This document shows positions 39,071 through 52,317 of a stretch of DNA of 64,000 nucleotides, one piece after another. Source of the stretch: Candidatus Oxydemutatoraceae bacterium (lineage in GTDB: Bacteria; Pseudomonadota; Gammaproteobacteria; Poriferisulfidales; Oxydemutatoraceae); contig OZ244779.1 in NCBI GenBank assembly GCA_965219575.1, forward strand, positions 1,900,769 through 1,964,768, in the 5' to 3' direction. The position numbers and the translations under genes were made by a program. Position 1 is the first letter of the stretch, and every line of letters begins with the position of its first letter. Under the pieces are notes generated by a model. It made no database searches and had not been told where the DNA came from. It worked only from the letters and a program-made list of their open reading frames with translations.

Positions 39071-39085
39071 ATTATTTTGCCTCTT

Positions 39086-39760
39086 TCAGTTTAATTTAAC
39101 TTTTACTACATTCATAAGTTCGTCCACAACCTCGGCTATAGACAATCGCGTTGTATCGAGTAAAACTGCATTATCGGCGATTTTCAATTGGGCAATAGGC
39201 CGTTCGCTATCGCGTTGATCCCTCTGTAGTAATTCTTTATTTAGCCTATCTAGTTTAGCATAAATGCCTTGTTGTCTCAATTGCAGATGTCTTCTACGGG
39301 CGCGTTCTGCTATATCCGCCTGCAAGAATATCTTCAACGGTGCGTCGGGAAAAACCACCGTTCCCATATCGCGTCCGTCCGCCACCAACCCGGGCAAAGC
39401 CCTAAACCGCCTTTGCATCGGCAATAAAGCATTGCGCAAAGCAACGCTTTCTCCGGCCACCGAGGCGACTTCGGCATAGTCTTCGCCGTAAATATCGTCT
39501 TCCACGAGGATACCGTTCAAGTAGGTCTTAATCTGCCCACCGTCTAGGATAAATCTTATATCGGTATCGGCAACCAAAGTTTCTATTTCCGGGATATTAT
39601 CTAATGCAATATTGCGTTTATGTAGCTGCATCCCCAGTACACGATACAAAGCACCGCTGATCAAAATGTGATAACTCAGCCTTGTCGCCAGACGGCGCGC
39701 AATCGTGCTTTTGCCGACACCGGCAGGACCGTCTATTGCAATGACCGGTATCTCCGACAT
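39086..39760 (-). CDS. cmk: Cytidylate kinase
   Basis: IDGPAGVGKST, ADGRDMGTVVFPDA. Confidence 0.94.
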   Translation of the reverse strand: MSEIPVIAIDGPAGVGKSTIARRLATRLSYHILISGALYRVLGMQLHKRNIALDNIPEIETLVADTDIRFILDGGQIKTYLNGILVEDDIYGEDYAEVASVAGESVALRNALLPMQRRFRALPGLVADGRDMGTVVFPDAPLKIFLQADIAERARRRHLQLRQQGIYAKLDRLNKELLQRDQRDSERPIAQLKIADNAVLLDTTRLSIAEVVDELMNVVKVKLN

Positions 39761-39761
39761 C

Positions 39762-41084
39762 TTATACCGATAGATCGAGACCTACGCTATTCGCCACTGC
39801 GACAAAATCGGGAAACGAAGTTTCAATATTCAGACAACGTTGTACGGAAATCATATCGTCGGCAACGGCACCGGCCACGGCGAACGCCATTGCCACGCGA
39901 TGATCTTCGAAACTCTCCACGATACCACCTTTTAAGCGACCACCTTTTATGGTCATCCCGTCACGATGCACTTCAACCCTAATCCCACAACTGCGCAACC
40001 CTTTCGCCATCGCTTCGATACGGTCGCTCTCTTTGACTCTAAGCTCTTCGGCACCACGCAAATGCGTGTGTCCCTCGGCACACGCTGCAGCGATAAACAA
40101 AGCCGGAAATTCATCTATAGACGACGGTACCCAATGTTTCGGGATATCGATACCTTTCAATTTTGCGAAACGCACACGCAGATCGCCGACCGGTTCGTTG
40201 CATACGATTTGCCGATCGAGTATCTCTATATCGGCACCCATACGGCGAAGAATTCGCATCGCACCGCTGCGCGTATCGTTTAAGCCCACTTTTTCTATGA
40301 TAATATCACTATTCGGGACTATAGTAGCCGCGACCATCAGAAATGTAGCCGACGAAATATCACCCGGCACATCGATGCGCGTTGCTTCGAGGCGACTGCC
40401 TCCCGGCAAGCGTACCATGCACCCTCGCCGCTCGACCCGACAACCGAAGTTGCTCAGCATTCGCTCGCTGTGATCACGGCTCGGTGTCGGTTCGACGACA
40501 ACGGTCTCTCCTTGTGCATCCAACCCGGCGAGTAACAATGCCGATTTGACTTGTGCACTCGCAATCTTCAGTTCGGTATGCACACCGTGCAGATGTTCGA
40601 CGGGTTTGATAATCAGCGGCGGCGTGCCGTGTTCCGAAGTATCGATAGCCGCGCCCATCTTTAGTAAGGGATCGACGACGCGGCGCATCGGACGACGATT
40701 TAACGAAGCATCGCCGCTTAAGGTTACCGAAATTTTCTTTGCTGCCAACAATCCGGTGAGCAGGCGTATAGAAGTTCCCGAATTGCCCAAATCTATAACT
40801 CGGTCGGCGGGGCATAACCCCTCTCGGCAACCGTACACCCGTATTAAGTCATCGGCGGACTCTATGCGTACCCCCAGTCGGCTCAAGGCTTGCATCGTCG
40901 CAAGGCAATCACGACTATGCAAAAAATTGGATACCTCGCTGACACCGTCGGCAAGCGTAGCAAACATTAATGCGCGGTGCGATATGGATTTATCGCCGCC
41001 AACCCGAACGATGCCGTTCAAAGATTCTACGGGGCTGGAATAAAGGGTGTCCGGCATAGTCACATATTTAATAGCACGATGCAA
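39762..41084 (-). CDS. aroA: EPSP synthase (true start may be 41057)
   Basis: DKSISHR, GNSGT, SAQVKSA, ELRVKESDR, DHRVAM. Confidence 0.96.
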   Translation of the reverse strand: MHRAIKYVTMPDTLYSSPVESLNGIVRVGGDKSISHRALMFATLADGVSEVSNFLHSRDCLATMQALSRLGVRIESADDLIRVYGCREGLCPADRVIDLGNSGTSIRLLTGLLAAKKISVTLSGDASLNRRPMRRVVDPLLKMGAAIDTSEHGTPPLIIKPVEHLHGVHTELKIASAQVKSALLLAGLDAQGETVVVEPTPSRDHSERMLSNFGCRVERRGCMVRLPGGSRLEATRIDVPGDISSATFLMVAATIVPNSDIIIEKVGLNDTRSGAMRILRRMGADIEILDRQIVCNEPVGDLRVRFAKLKGIDIPKHWVPSSIDEFPALFIAAACAEGHTHLRGAEELRVKESDRIEAMAKGLRSCGIRVEVHRDGMTIKGGRLKGGIVESFEDHRVAMAFAVAGAVADDMISVQRCLNIETSFPDFVAVANSVGLDLSV

Positions 41085-41094
41085 AGACTTGGGG

Positions 41095-41961
41095 TTAATC
41101 TTTGAGATTCAAATTTTTCTTTTCGTCTACCGTTTTTTCGAGTAATCGAAGCAACCGGTCGCCTTGTTTGTTTTCGATCAGCTTGCGTATCGAAGACATG
41201 CTTTTCTCGAAGGCTTTTATGGCTCGGAGCACGTGGTCTTCGTTGGCAATAAATATATCTCGCCACATCGTCGGATCGCTGACTGCGATGCGCGTGAAAT
41301 CTTTCAAACCACCGGCGGAAAAACCGGTTTTTACACCGGCTTGCTCGAGCGAATTTATTAATGCATAAGCGACGATATGCGGCAAGTGGCTCGTTGCCGC
41401 AAATAATTCGTCGTGCAGTTTTGCCGATAATACTTCGATTTTAGCTCCGGCTTTACACCATAATGCACGCACCGTATTCATTGCGACTTCGTCGGCATGT
41501 GGTTCGGGCGTTAAAAAAACATAACGCGAAACAAACAAATCCTCCGACGCCGTCGCCGGTCCGCTGTTCTCGGTTCCGGCAATCGGATGCGCCGGCACCA
41601 TGCGGGTGGGAACATTACCCCAAACCGAACACGCATCGGCGATGACACTGCGCTTGACACTGCCTACATCGGTAATGACGATGCGCTCGGCTGCTTCTTT
41701 GATTTGTTCAAAAATACTACAAATCGCACCCACGGGCGTTGCGACAACCAGAATATCGCAGTGTTCTGCAAGTGCGAGCGGGTGTTCCTCGATGCCGTCG
41801 AATGCGCCTCTCTCGGCTGCTTGCCGCGCATGTATCTCGTCGGTATCGCAGCCTAAGATACTTTGCTCGGGGTCACGATTTTTTAGAGCCAACGCCAACG
41901 AAGTGCCGATTAAACCGGTACCGACGATACCGACGACGAAACGCTCTATATCTTCCATCAC
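41095..41961 (-). CDS. tyrA: Prephenate/arogenate dehydrogenase
   Basis: GTGLIG, DVGSVK, HPIAGTE, SHLPH, DFTRIA. Confidence 0.9.
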   Translation of the reverse strand: MMEDIERFVVGIVGTGLIGTSLALALKNRDPEQSILGCDTDEIHARQAAERGAFDGIEEHPLALAEHCDILVVATPVGAICSIFEQIKEAAERIVITDVGSVKRSVIADACSVWGNVPTRMVPAHPIAGTENSGPATASEDLFVSRYVFLTPEPHADEVAMNTVRALWCKAGAKIEVLSAKLHDELFAATSHLPHIVAYALINSLEQAGVKTGFSAGGLKDFTRIAVSDPTMWRDIFIANEDHVLRAIKAFEKSMSSIRKLIENKQGDRLLRLLEKTVDEKKNLNLKD

Positions 41962-43082
41962 TCGGACTCGAGTATTTGTTTCAGAGTCTCTAGAAAACGT
42001 CGGTTTTGTTCCGCCGAACCTACCGTCACCCGTAAATGCCGTGGCATATCGTAATTTTCTATGGCGCGTATAATCACGCCGCGTTCCAACAACGCGTCAT
42101 AAATTACCGCCGCTTGCGCGCCGATTTCTATACATAAAAAATTAGCTGCCGACGGCAAACATTTTAAACCCAGTTTGCTACACCCATCCGACAAATAAGC
42201 CAAGCCTTCGCTATTCAACCGTACACTTTTCTCGAGATACACCGTATCGTCGAGCGACGCAATCGCAGCCTTCAACGCCAAAGCATTATTATTAAAAGGT
42301 TGACGCAGACGGTCGAACAAATCGGCAATCTCAACCGACGAGAGCGCATAACCTATGCGTAGACCGGCGAGTGCATAAATTTTAGAAAAAGTTTGAGTAA
42401 CGATCAGATTCGGATAGTCGTCCAACCATTTCGATGCATCGGGATAGTCGTGGACTTGCGCGTATTCGGCATACGCTTGATCGACGACGACGACGATATG
42501 CTCGTCCACGGACTCCATAAACCGTCTGAGGTCGGCTTCTTTAATCCAAGTACCGGTAGGGTTATTGGGGTTGGCAATGAATACAACCGCGGTACGCTCG
42601 TCTATCACCTCTAAAAAGCGTTGCATATCGTGTCCGTAAGGCATCTCGTCATCGGCGGTTTGAGGTGTCGCTCGATGCGCTGCCGCACCCGAGATTCGGG
42701 TTACCAAGTCATAGATTTCAAACGCATGCTCGGAGTAGACTGCATTTTTGCTTTTATCCAGAAAGCAACGGGCAACGAATTCGAGCAACTCGTTGGAACC
42801 GTTTCCCAGAGTAATCCGGTTCGCCGAGATACCGTGCCGTTCGGCGAGCTTGGCTTTGAGTAGCAAGCCGGTACCACTCGGATAAAGATGTACTCGGTCG
42901 GCGTGGTCGCACATCGCCGCTACCGCACGAGGGCTGGGACCCAAAGCGTTTTCGTTCGAGGACAGCTTGATCGCTTCGAGTGTCGCAGACGATTTCCCCA
43001 AATCCTCGACGCTCTTACCCGGCTGATAGGGTTTTATATCGAGTAAGGAGGCTGAGCAATGTTGTTCGGGCTTAAAGGTCAT
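41958..43082 (-). CDS. hisC: Histidinol-phosphate aminotransferase
   Basis: KLSSNEN, GNGSNE, NPNNPTG, TFSKIYALAGLRIGY. Confidence 0.93.
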   Translation of the reverse strand: MTFKPEQHCSASLLDIKPYQPGKSVEDLGKSSATLEAIKLSSNENALGPSPRAVAAMCDHADRVHLYPSGTGLLLKAKLAERHGISANRITLGNGSNELLEFVARCFLDKSKNAVYSEHAFEIYDLVTRISGAAAHRATPQTADDEMPYGHDMQRFLEVIDERTAVVFIANPNNPTGTWIKEADLRRFMESVDEHIVVVVDQAYAEYAQVHDYPDASKWLDDYPNLIVTQTFSKIYALAGLRIGYALSSVEIADLFDRLRQPFNNNALALKAAIASLDDTVYLEKSVRLNSEGLAYLSDGCSKLGLKCLPSAANFLCIEIGAQAAVIYDALLERGVIIRAIENYDMPRHLRVTVGSAEQNRRFLETLKQILESE

Positions 43083-43094
43083 CGTTTTTTATCT

Positions 43095-43589
43095 CTATCT
43101 CGGTAGTTGATTATAAAATCCTAAACATCCATCCTCTATCAAGTCGAATAGATGCGTATAAACATCGATCGCATTATCGGTCTCCTGCATCAGTACTTCT
43201 CGATTACCGAAGTACTCCGAATAAGCCATTATATACTCGGGTTCGTTGTGTCCTTCCATCCAATACCGCACCGGTACATAATGCGCTCGCTCGAAGATGA
43301 ATACCCGATTATAGCTTTGCGGATTCAGCACTTGCAACGGTGTCGAACGATAAACCGATAAATCATAGCCACGCCGTGCGGCGACATCGCCGATCATCGG
43401 GTCGCAAGGCCGACCGTGGCAAGCCCGAATACCTGCAGAATCTATGTGCATTGCCAGAGAGGTTTGATTTTTAATATACTCGAAAACCGCGTGTCCGACG
43501 ATCGAACGGCACGTGTTCAGAGTGCATACAAAAAGTAATGCCGAAGTATTAAATTGTGTCTTCTGCGGTTTTGGCATCCTCTTTTTCAA
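43095..43589 (-). CDS. Low-molecular-weight protein tyrosine phosphatase-like protein
   Basis: [12 protein letters not shown]-loop and IDSAGI; start uncertain and overlaps the rpoC end. Confidence 0.75.
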   Translation of the reverse strand: MKKRMPKPQKTQFNTSALLFVCTLNTCRSIVGHAVFEYIKNQTSLAMHIDSAGIRACHGRPCDPMIGDVAARRGYDLSVYRSTPLQVLNPQSYNRVFIFERAHYVPVRYWMEGHNEPEYIMAYSEYFGNREVLMQETDNAIDVYTHLFDLIEDGCLGFYNQLPR

Positions 43590-46500
43590 GAGTGCTTTGC
43601 AGGTTCATTTCAAACTCGTCCATTAAATTTTTCTCGGGAACATCCCAAGCCGTTCCTGCCGGGATCAAGCGACCGACGATTACATTCTCCTTTAATCCTC
43701 TCAACATATCGCTGGAACCTTTGATTGCCGATTCGGTCAGTATCTTCGTCGTCTCTTGGAAAGAAGCCGCGGAAATAAACGACTCGGTCGATAAAGAAGC
43801 CTTTTTGATGCCCTGCAGTAAAGCCTCGTACTTGGCGGGTTCTTTGCCTGCAGCCTCGAGGTTTTTATTAATCTCGGCGAGCTTGATTTTCTCGACGGTA
43901 TCGTCCACCAGATATTTACTGTCGCCCGGGTCTACGATACGCACCCTACGCATCATTTGTCTGATAATGACCTCTATATGTTTATCGTTAATTTTTACAC
44001 CTTGTAGTCTATAGACATCTTGTATTTCTTTCACCAAATAATCGGCCATTTCGTTGATACCCAACAACCGCAAGATGTCGTGCGGATTTCTTTCGCCTTC
44101 GGATATAACCTCGCCTTTCTCTACATACTCGCCTTCGGCAATTTCTATACGACGCCATTTGGGTACGAATACATGGTGCTTTTCCTGCTTGCCGGTAATG
44201 ACAATCTTTTGCTTGCCACGAATTTCCCTATCGAAGCCGATGGTTCCCGAACACTCGGCCAGAATAGCCGCTTCTTGTGGGATGCGTGCCTCGAATAAAT
44301 CGACGACTCGCGGCAAACCACCGGTGATATCGCGCGTCTTCGAACTCTCCTGCGGGATACGGGCGATTGTGTCACCGACATTGATCTTATCTCCGTCGTC
44401 TACGGTGACTATCATGCCCGGCATCAACCGATAGTGCGCGGTTCTGCCGTCGCTTAATTTTATTTCCTTGCCTTTTTTGGTAATAGAAATCGCCGGTGTT
44501 TGATCTTTCACGACCGGCATAACCACATAGGTACTCAATCCGGTCACCTCGTCGGTCTGCTTGTAGACGGTACTGCCCTCGGTGAAATTCTCCAACTTAA
44601 TGGTGCCTTTGGTTTCGGCAATGACCGGGTGCATGTGGGGATCCCAGTTGACGATCACCGTGCCGGCTTCGACGACATCTCCCTCCTTATGACTCAAACG
44701 TGCGCCATAAGGAATTTTGTAGCGTTCTCTCTCGTTGCCGGCCTCGGTGACGATGCTAATCTCTCCCGAGCGCGAAACGACGATGTAACTGTCGTCGTGT
44801 TCTATCAATTTAACTTTGTGTAGACGAACGATACCGTCGGTTTTAGGTGCAATGCTATTGACCGAAACCGAACGGCTTACCGCACCGCCGATATGGAAAG
44901 TCCGCATCGTCAGTTGTGTGCCCGGCTCGCCTATGGATTGTGCGGCGATAATGCCTACCGCCTCTCCCTCACTCACCAAGCTACCCCTAGCCAAGTCTCG
45001 TCCATAGCACATCGCACAAACACCGTATGCGGACTCGCATGTGATGGGTGAACGCACTTTGATTTGATCTATACCGTGTTGCGTTAACAATGCGATCGCT
45101 TTTTCATCCAACAATTCGCCTTCGGCAATAATCGTCTTTTTATTCATTTTTACATCTTCTGCAAGTACTCTGCCCAAAGTACGTTCGGCCAGGCTCTCCA
45201 CAACTTCACCGCCTTCTATATTGGATTTGATATAAATACCCTCCCGAGTACCGCAGTCTTTCTCGACGACTATAACATCCTGCGATGCATCGACCAATCG
45301 GCGCGTCAAATAGCCCGAGTTTGCCGTTTTGAGTGCGGTGTCTGCGAGACCTTTGCGAGCACCGTGCGTAGAAATGAAGTACTGCAAGAGATTCAATCCC
45401 TCTCGGAAATTGGCGGTGATCGGCGTTTCGATAATAGAACCGTCGGGTTTCGCCATCAGTCCGCGCATCCCGGCGAGCTGTCGAATCTGTGCAGCGGAAC
45501 CACGAGCACCCGAGTCGGCCATCATGAATATAGAGTTGAACGAAGGTTGCGAGGTGTTCTTACCGCTGTGATCCTTGACTATTTCGGTGCTCAATTCGTC
45601 CATCATGTGAGATGCGATGCGGTCGTTGGCATTAGACCAAATATCGACGGTTTTGTTGTATTTTTCACCACCGGTCACCAAACCCGCTGCGTATTGACGT
45701 TCTATACCTTTGACTTCGTTCTCCGCTTCGGCTAAAACAGCCTGCTTGTCGCGAGGAATAACCATATCGTCGACACCGAAGGAGATTCCCGCCTTGGTCG
45801 CATAATAAAAGCCGGTATACATTAAGTGATCGGCAAAGACCGCCGTCGCCTTAAGTCCCGCTTCTCTATAACTCACATCTATGAGCTCCAGTATGCGGCG
45901 TTTATCCAGTACTCTATCAACCAATTCGAAAGCTAATCCCTCGGGCAAAATACGAGACAAGATGGCACGACCGGTTGTGGTTTCGGTTAGCTGTAGCCTC
46001 TCTTCCCCGGGTATCTTCAGACGTACTTTGATTCGCGCATGCAAGTCGACTTGTTTGGTTTCATACGCCCGCTCGACTTCATCCAAATCGGCAAACAGAC
46101 TCCCTTCGCCTTTGGCATTGATACGCTCACGCGTCATATAATACAAGCCCAAGACGATGTCCTGCGTAGGCACGATGATAGGGGAACCACTCGCCGGTGA
46201 AAAGATATTGTTGGTGGACATCATCAAACAACGCGCTTCGGCTTGAGCCTCCAGAGACAAAGGCACATGAACCGCCATTTGGTCGCCGTCGAAATCGGCA
46301 TTGAAGGCGGTACAAACCAGAGGATGCAACTGTATCGCCTTACCTTCGATCAAAATCGGTTCGAACGCCTGTATGCCCAAGCGATGCAGGGTCGGCGCAC
46401 GGTTCAACAATATCGGGTATTCTCTGATAATTTCGTCTAATACATCCCAAACCTCGGGGCCTTGTTTTTCGACCAACTTCTTGGCATTTTTGATCGTGTC

Positions 46501-47676
46501 GACGACCCCTCTCAAATAGAGTTTGCTATAGATAAAGGGTCTAAACAATTCCAGCGCCATTTGTTTAGGTATCCCGCACTGATGGAGCTTTAGCGAAGGT
46601 CCTACGACAATGACCGAACGCCCGGAATAATCGACACGCTTACCGAGTAGGTTCTGGCGAAATCGCCCTTGTTTGCCCTTGATCATATCGGCTAAGGACT
46701 TCAGCTGCCGTTTATTGTTTGCGACGGCGACACGACCACAGCGGCCGTTATCGAGCAGCGCATCGACCGATTCCTGCAACATACGCTTCTCGTTGCGTAC
46801 GATGATGTCGGGAGCCTTGATCTCGAGCAGTCGTCTCAAACGGTTATTTCGGTTAATCACCCTACGGTACAAATCGTTTAAATCCGAACTTGCAAAACGA
46901 CCGTCGCTCAAAGGCACCAAAGGGCGCAAATCGGGAGGTAATATAGGCAACACCGTCAAAACCATCCATTCGGGCTTGTTGCCCGAGTCTATAAAGGCTT
47001 TGACGAGTTTGAGGCGCTTGGTCAAACGTTTGATCTTCGCCTCGGATTTGGTTTTAGAAATCTCCTCTCGTAACTCTATAACTTGTTTTTCCAAGTCCAA
47101 ATCTTGGAGCAACCGCATAATGGCTTCCGCCCCCATGCCGACCTCGAATTGCTCTCCTTGCTCTTCGATGATGTCGAAGTATTCATCGTCGGTGAGTATT
47201 TGCTTGACCTTCAAATCGGTCATGCCGCTATCGAGCACTACATGACTTTCAAAATACAAAACGCGCTCTATATCGCGCGGTGCCATATCGAGTAACAGTC
47301 CTATTTTGGAAGGCAGCGATTTAAGGAACCAGATGTGTACGACCGGGCTGGCAAGATCGATATGTCCCATCCGCTCTCGCCGAACACGCGAAAGGGTTAC
47401 TTCGACCCCGCACTTTTCACAAACCACGCCGCGGTGTTTGAGACGCTTATATTTTCCGCACAGACATTCGTAATCTTTAATAGGTCCGAAAATTTTGGCG
47501 CAAAACAATCCGTCGCGCTCGGGTTTCAAAGTCCTGTAGTTGATCGTTTCCGGTTTTCTCACCTCGCCGTAAGACCAAGAGCGAATTTCATCCGGCGACG
47601 CAATACTGATTTTCAGAAAATTGAATTTTTTCTCGTCGTACTGCGACTTTTTGAGTATGTCAAATAAACCTTTCAT
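43549..47676 (-). CDS. rpoC: RNA polymerase beta' subunit
   Basis: [16 protein letters not shown], zinc-binding cysteines. Confidence 0.99.
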   Translation of the reverse strand: MKGLFDILKKSQYDEKKFNFLKISIASPDEIRSWSYGEVRKPETINYRTLKPERDGLFCAKIFGPIKDYECLCGKYKRLKHRGVVCEKCGVEVTLSRVRRERMGHIDLASPVVHIWFLKSLPSKIGLLLDMAPRDIERVLYFESHVVLDSGMTDLKVKQILTDDEYFDIIEEQGEQFEVGMGAEAIMRLLQDLDLEKQVIELREEISKTKSEAKIKRLTKRLKLVKAFIDSGNKPEWMVLTVLPILPPDLRPLVPLSDGRFASSDLNDLYRRVINRNNRLRRLLEIKAPDIIVRNEKRMLQESVDALLDNGRCGRVAVANNKRQLKSLADMIKGKQGRFRQNLLGKRVDYSGRSVIVVGPSLKLHQCGIPKQMALELFRPFIYSKLYLRGVVDTIKNAKKLVEKQGPEVWDVLDEIIREYPILLNRAPTLHRLGIQAFEPILIEGKAIQLHPLVCTAFNADFDGDQMAVHVPLSLEAQAEARCLMMSTNNIFSPASGSPIIVPTQDIVLGLYYMTRERINAKGEGSLFADLDEVERAYETKQVDLHARIKVRLKIPGEERLQLTETTTGRAILSRILPEGLAFELVDRVLDKRRILELIDVSYREAGLKATAVFADHLMYTGFYYATKAGISFGVDDMVIPRDKQAVLAEAENEVKGIERQYAAGLVTGGEKYNKTVDIWSNANDRIASHMMDELSTEIVKDHSGKNTSQPSFNSIFMMADSGARGSAAQIRQLAGMRGLMAKPDGSIIETPITANFREGLNLLQYFISTHGARKGLADTALKTANSGYLTRRLVDASQDVIVVEKDCGTREGIYIKSNIEGGEVVESLAERTLGRVLAEDVKMNKKTIIAEGELLDEKAIALLTQHGIDQIKVRSPITCESAYGVCAMCYGRDLARGSLVSEGEAVGIIAAQSIGEPGTQLTMRTFHIGGAVSRSVSVNSIAPKTDGIVRLHKVKLIEHDDSYIVVSRSGEISIVTEAGNERERYKIPYGARLSHKEGDVVEAGTVIVNWDPHMHPVIAETKGTIKLENFTEGSTVYKQTDEVTGLSTYVVMPVVKDQTPAISITKKGKEIKLSDGRTAHYRLMPGMIVTVDDGDKINVGDTIARIPQESSKTRDITGGLPRVVDLFEARIPQEAAILAECSGTIGFDREIRGKQKIVITGKQEKHHVFVPKWRRIEIAEGEYVEKGEVISEGERNPHDILRLLGINEMADYLVKEIQDVYRLQGVKINDKHIEVIIRQMMRRVRIVDPGDSKYLVDDTVEKIKLAEINKNLEAAGKEPAKYEALLQGIKKASLSTESFISAASFQETTKILTESAIKGSSDMLRGLKENVIVGRLIPAGTAWDVPEKNLMDEFEMNLQSTLEKEDAKTAEDTI

Positions 47677-47697
47677 TGGATTCTCTCCTTAATAATC

Positions 47698-50600
47698 TTA
47701 AGACTCTTTTTGTCCGAGATCCATATTGAGGCCTAAAGAACGTATCTCTTTGACCAAAACATTAAAGGACTCGGGAATATTCGCTTCGACATTACAGTTG
47801 TTATTGACTATGCTTTTGTATACTTTGTTTCGCCCGCGCACATCGTCCGACTTGACGGTCAGCATCTCCTGCAAAACATGCGCGGCACCGTAAGCCTCGA
47901 GTGCCCATACCTCCATCTCACCGAAACGCTGCCCGCCGAACTGTGCTTTACCTCCCAAGGGATGCTGGGTAATCATGCTATAAGGACCTGTCGCACGCGC
48001 ATGCATTTTGTCGTCAACCATATGATTTAACTTCATAATATACATATAGCCGACCGTAATCGGTCTATCGAATAAATCGCCGGTTCGCCCGTCTTGCAAA
48101 ATTGCCTGCCCGGATTGCGGCAACCCGGCCAAAGACAGCATGCCTTTTACTTCTTTTTCTTTGACACCGTCGAAAACCGGTGTTGCAATAGGTATACCAT
48201 TGCTCAAATTGTCGGCTAAACTTAATATCTCCTTATCTTTGATCTTTTGTAAGTTTTCCTTGTGAACCATATCACCTTCGTTATAATCGTAAATTTTCTG
48301 AAGGAAATCGCGTATCGTCGATGCTTTGTCGTTGCCGCTACGCATTTTCCCGATATTCCATCCCAAAGCCTTGGCCGCCCACCCCAAGTGAGTCTCCAAT
48401 ACTTGCCCGACATTCATCCGAGAAGGCACACCCAGAGGATTCAATACGATATCTACCGGTGTCCCGTCTTCCAGATAAGGCATATCTTCGGTAGGGACGA
48501 TCGCCGACACGACCCCCTTGTTGCCATGTCGACCGGCGAGTTTGTCGCCCGGCTGTATGCGGCGTTTGACCGCCAGATACACCTTGACCGTTTTCAAAAT
48601 ATCGGGCGGCATGACATCGCCGGCTTGTAACTTTTTCTGTTTTTTCTTGAAATTCGCTTCTAAACGCGCCCGTTGCTCTTGCAAGCGTTTTGCCAATTTT
48701 TCCAGTTGCAAACTGACCTCGTCGTTCTGCATCCGTACGCTAAACCACTTGTCGCGCTCCAGTCGGTCCAAATAAGACTGCGTGACCTTCATGCCTTTTT
48801 CCAAAGCATTCGGACCTCCGGCTACGACCTTGTTGAGGATTAAATTTTTAACTCGATTAAAAACATCGTTCTCGTAAATGCGCAATTCGTCGTTATAGTC
48901 TTTGCGCGCTTTTTCTATCTCCTGCTTTTGTATCTCCTGTGCACGACTATCCTTGGGTATGTCTTCTCGGGTGAAAATTTTAACGTCTACGACAGTACCC
49001 TCTATGCCCGACGGCACGCGTAAAGAATTGTTCTTTACATCCGAAGCCTTTTCGTCGAATATCGCTTGTAGCAGTTTCTCTTCCGGCGTCAGCGGACTCT
49101 CGCTCTTCGGTGTCACCTTGCCGACTAAAATATCGCCGGATTTGACTTCGGCACCCATATAAACGACACCGGAGTCATCTAATTTAGATAGCAGACTTTC
49201 GCTAACATTCGGTATATCGGCGGTAATTTCCTCGTCGCCCAACTTGGTGCTACGCGCCACACAGGTGAGTTCTTCTATATGAATAGAAGTAAAACTATCC
49301 TCCTCGACGACGCGATCGGAAATGAGTATCGAGTCTTCGTAGTTATAACCGTTCCACGGCATAAAAGCCACCAACACATTCTTACCCAAAGCCAGTTCTC
49401 CTAAATCGGTTGCCGAGCCGTCGGCTAAAACATCTCCTTGTTCTATCACATCGCCGACTTTGACCAAAGGACGCTGATTGATGCAGGTGTTATAGTTTGA
49501 ACGCATATACTTGGTCAGTTCATAAATATCCACACCGGCTTCGTCGGCAGAAACCTCTTTATCGTCGACTCGAACGACAATCCGCGCCGCATCGACCGTG
49601 TCGACGACACCGCCTCGGCGAGCTACCAATAACGCACCCGAATCGGTTGCGACCGTAGCCTCCAGACCCGTTCCCACCAACGGCTTTTCGCTGGTCAATA
49701 ACGGCACCGCCTGACGCTGCATATTGGATCCCATCAATGCACGATTTGCATCGTCGTGTTCCAAAAACGGAATGAGTGCCGCTGCCGCCGAAGCGATCTG
49801 TTTGGGAGAAACATCTATCAATTGCACCTTGTCCGGCGGGAACAAACTAAATTCGTTATTCTTTCTACACGAAACGAACTCTCCGACTAATTTGTTTCGC
49901 TCGTCGACTTCGGCATTTGCTTGTGCAATGACATACTCTCCTTCTTCTATCGCCGATAAAAAACGTATTTTATCGGTCACTACCGAGTTTTTAACTTCCA
50001 AATAACACGTTTCTATAAAACCGTAATGGTTGGGGTGTGCATAGACCGCCAGCGAGTTAATCAATCCGATATTGGCACCCTCGGGGGTTTCTATAGGGCA
50101 CAACCGACCGTAATGCGTCGGGTGCACATCTCGAACTTCAAAACCGGCGTGCTCACGCGCCAATCCACCCGGACCGAGTGCCGAAATTCGACGTTTGTGG
50201 GTAACCTCGGATAACGGATTATTCTGCTCCATAAATTGCGACAGTTGACTAGAACCGAAAAATTCCTTTATCGACGCCGAGACGGGTTTTGAGTTAACCA
50301 GATCCTTCGGCTTCAATTTATCGACTTCCGCTGTCGCCAGACGTTCTCTAACGACATGCTCAACCCGAACCAATCCGATGCGCAATGCGTTGCCTACCAT
50401 TTCGCCCACACAACGTACTCGGCGATTTCCCAAATGGTCGATATCGTCGACCGAACCCTCGCCGTTATGTATGCCGATGAGTGTCGAGATGACATCGATA
50501 ATGTCCTGCTTGTCTAATATGGTTGCGCCGGTATTGGAAGCTCTCTTTAGACGACTGTTGAATTTCATGCGTCCCACTTCGGATAAATTGTAGCGGTCGG

Positions 50601-51798
50601 GGTTGCTGAATAAATCGACAAATCTGGTTTTGGCGTGCTCTTCCGGTGGTTGTTTCTCGCCCGGATGCATCCTGCAATAAATTTCGAAATAAGATGCTTT
50701 TTGCGTACGCGGACAAACATCGATGTTTAAGGTATCCGAGATGTAAGAACCTCGGTTGATATCGTTCACATAAATTATGTCGAAGCTGTCTATGCCGGAG
50801 GCTTCGAATTTTTTCAGCCATGCCTCGGTGATCTCCTCGTTGACTCTTGCCAATAGTTCACCGGTACGGGGGGCGACTATATCTTTTGCGTGCACCTTTC
50901 CGCATAAGTATTCGGGAGGAATTGTCAGCTTTTTCAATCTAGATTTTTCCAACTCTTTAATGTGTGAGACATTGATACGCCTATTGGCTTCGACGATTAC
51001 ACGAGACGGTGTCTCTATGGCAAAATCCAAGGTCTGACCTCGCAAACGCTCGGGTACGAGTGCCATGCTATAGGTTCCCTTATCGTATTTGATAGTCTCC
51101 AACTCGAAGAAGGTACTCAATATTTCCTCGTCGCTCATCCCCAATGCCCTCAGAAAAACCGTAACCGGTATTTTGCAACGCCTGTCGATACGAACATACA
51201 AACATTCCTTGGAGTCGAATTCAAAATCCAACCACGAACCGCGATAAGGAATGATTCGTGCGGTATAAGTGGACTTACCCGAACCTTGTGTTTTTCTTTT
51301 ATCGTGTTCAAAAAAGACACCCGGAGAACGATGCAACTGCGACACGACGACGCGCTCGGTTCCGTTGATGACGAAAGTTCCGGTATCGGTCATCAACGGC
51401 AACTCACCCATATAAACTTCTTGTTCCTTAACTTCCTTCGGCGCACCTATTTTGTTCGCACCTTTTTTCTCATAAAATATTAAGCGCATCGTAACATGAA
51501 CAATCGCTGCATAAGTACGCCCTCTCAACTTACATTCTCTAACATCAAAAAGCGGGTCGCTTAGACGGTAGCTGACAAACTCGATCGCTGCCGTCTTGGA
51601 ATGGCTCACTATCGGAAATATAGATTTGAATATGGCTTGCAAACCCATATCTTTTCTATCCTTTTCGGCTATGTCGCTTTGTAAAAAGTCTTGATACGAA
51701 GATATCTGCATCTGTAACATATAAGGAATGTGATGCCTTTCGACGAATTTTCCGAAGCGTTTGCGTATGCGCTTCTTTGCTGTATAACTATAAGACAT
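47698..51798 (-). CDS. rpoB: RNA polymerase beta subunit
   Basis: [44 protein letters not shown]. Confidence 0.99.
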   Translation of the reverse strand: MSYSYTAKKRIRKRFGKFVERHHIPYMLQMQISSYQDFLQSDIAEKDRKDMGLQAIFKSIFPIVSHSKTAAIEFVSYRLSDPLFDVRECKLRGRTYAAIVHVTMRLIFYEKKGANKIGAPKEVKEQEVYMGELPLMTDTGTFVINGTERVVVSQLHRSPGVFFEHDKRKTQGSGKSTYTARIIPYRGSWLDFEFDSKECLYVRIDRRCKIPVTVFLRALGMSDEEILSTFFELETIKYDKGTYSMALVPERLRGQTLDFAIETPSRVIVEANRRINVSHIKELEKSRLKKLTIPPEYLCGKVHAKDIVAPRTGELLARVNEEITEAWLKKFEASGIDSFDIIYVNDINRGSYISDTLNIDVCPRTQKASYFEIYCRMHPGEKQPPEEHAKTRFVDLFSNPDRYNLSEVGRMKFNSRLKRASNTGATILDKQDIIDVISTLIGIHNGEGSVDDIDHLGNRRVRCVGEMVGNALRIGLVRVEHVVRERLATAEVDKLKPKDLVNSKPVSASIKEFFGSSQLSQFMEQNNPLSEVTHKRRISALGPGGLAREHAGFEVRDVHPTHYGRLCPIETPEGANIGLINSLAVYAHPNHYGFIETCYLEVKNSVVTDKIRFLSAIEEGEYVIAQANAEVDERNKLVGEFVSCRKNNEFSLFPPDKVQLIDVSPKQIASAAAALIPFLEHDDANRALMGSNMQRQAVPLLTSEKPLVGTGLEATVATDSGALLVARRGGVVDTVDAARIVVRVDDKEVSADEAGVDIYELTKYMRSNYNTCINQRPLVKVGDVIEQGDVLADGSATDLGELALGKNVLVAFMPWNGYNYEDSILISDRVVEEDSFTSIHIEELTCVARSTKLGDEEITADIPNVSESLLSKLDDSGVVYMGAEVKSGDILVGKVTPKSESPLTPEEKLLQAIFDEKASDVKNNSLRVPSGIEGTVVDVKIFTREDIPKDSRAQEIQKQEIEKARKDYNDELRIYENDVFNRVKNLILNKVVAGGPNALEKGMKVTQSYLDRLERDKWFSVRMQNDEVSLQLEKLAKRLQEQRARLEANFKKKQKKLQAGDVMPPDILKTVKVYLAVKRRIQPGDKLAGRHGNKGVVSAIVPTEDMPYLEDGTPVDIVLNPLGVPSRMNVGQVLETHLGWAAKALGWNIGKMRSGNDKASTIRDFLQKIYDYNEGDMVHKENLQKIKDKEILSLADNLSNGIPIATPVFDGVKEKEVKGMLSLAGLPQSGQAILQDGRTGDLFDRPITVGYMYIMKLNHMVDDKMHARATGPYSMITQHPLGGKAQFGGQRFGEMEVWALEAYGAAHVLQEMLTVKSDDVRGRNKVYKSIVNNNCNVEANIPESFNVLVKEIRSLGLNMDLGQKES

Positions 51799-51896
51799 GT
51801 GCTAGTCTCCTATGGCGGTGAATGCGCAGTGCGCGCGAAATCGTGGGCGCATCGCATGCGACCGGCTTAAATTGCATAAACTGCAATTCAATCTGC

Positions 51897-52274
51897 TTAT
51901 TTAAGTTCAACCGAAGCCCCTGCCTCTTCCAGTTGCTTCTTCATTTCTTCGGCTTCTTCGGTCGCCACACCCTCTTTAACATTAGCCGGTGCGCTTTCAA
52001 CCAAATCTTTAGCCTCTTTAAGACCCAAGCTGGTAACCGCCCTAACCGCTTTGATTACCGCAACCTTGTTAGCACCGAAACCGGTCAATACGACATCGAA
52101 AGCACTTTTAGCCTCCTCTTCCGCAGCGGCGGCACCGCCGGCAGCGGCCGGTGCTGCGGCAACCGCGGCCGCCGACACACCGAACTTTTCCTCCATCGCC
52201 GAGACTAAATCGACAACTTCCATAACCGACATATTAGAAATAGCGTCTAGTATCTCTTCTCTTGAAACAGCCAT
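51897..52274 (-). CDS. rplL: 50S ribosomal protein L7/L12
   Basis: MAVSREEI.., [19 protein letters not shown]. Confidence 0.97.
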   Translation of the reverse strand: MAVSREEILDAISNMSVMEVVDLVSAMEEKFGVSAAAVAAAPAAAGGAAAAEEEAKSAFDVVLTGFGANKVAVIKAVRAVTSLGLKEAKDLVESAPANVKEGVATEEAEEMKKQLEEAGASVELK

Positions 52275-52317
52275 TTTATTTACTCCTTGTGTATTTATAA
52301 ATGAAAAACTTAAAACT

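Noticed and set aside
39650-39670. cmk LISGALYR instead of LDSGALYR as a sign of inactivation
   Set aside because: A single substitution with all other motifs intact; not enough to call a pseudogene.
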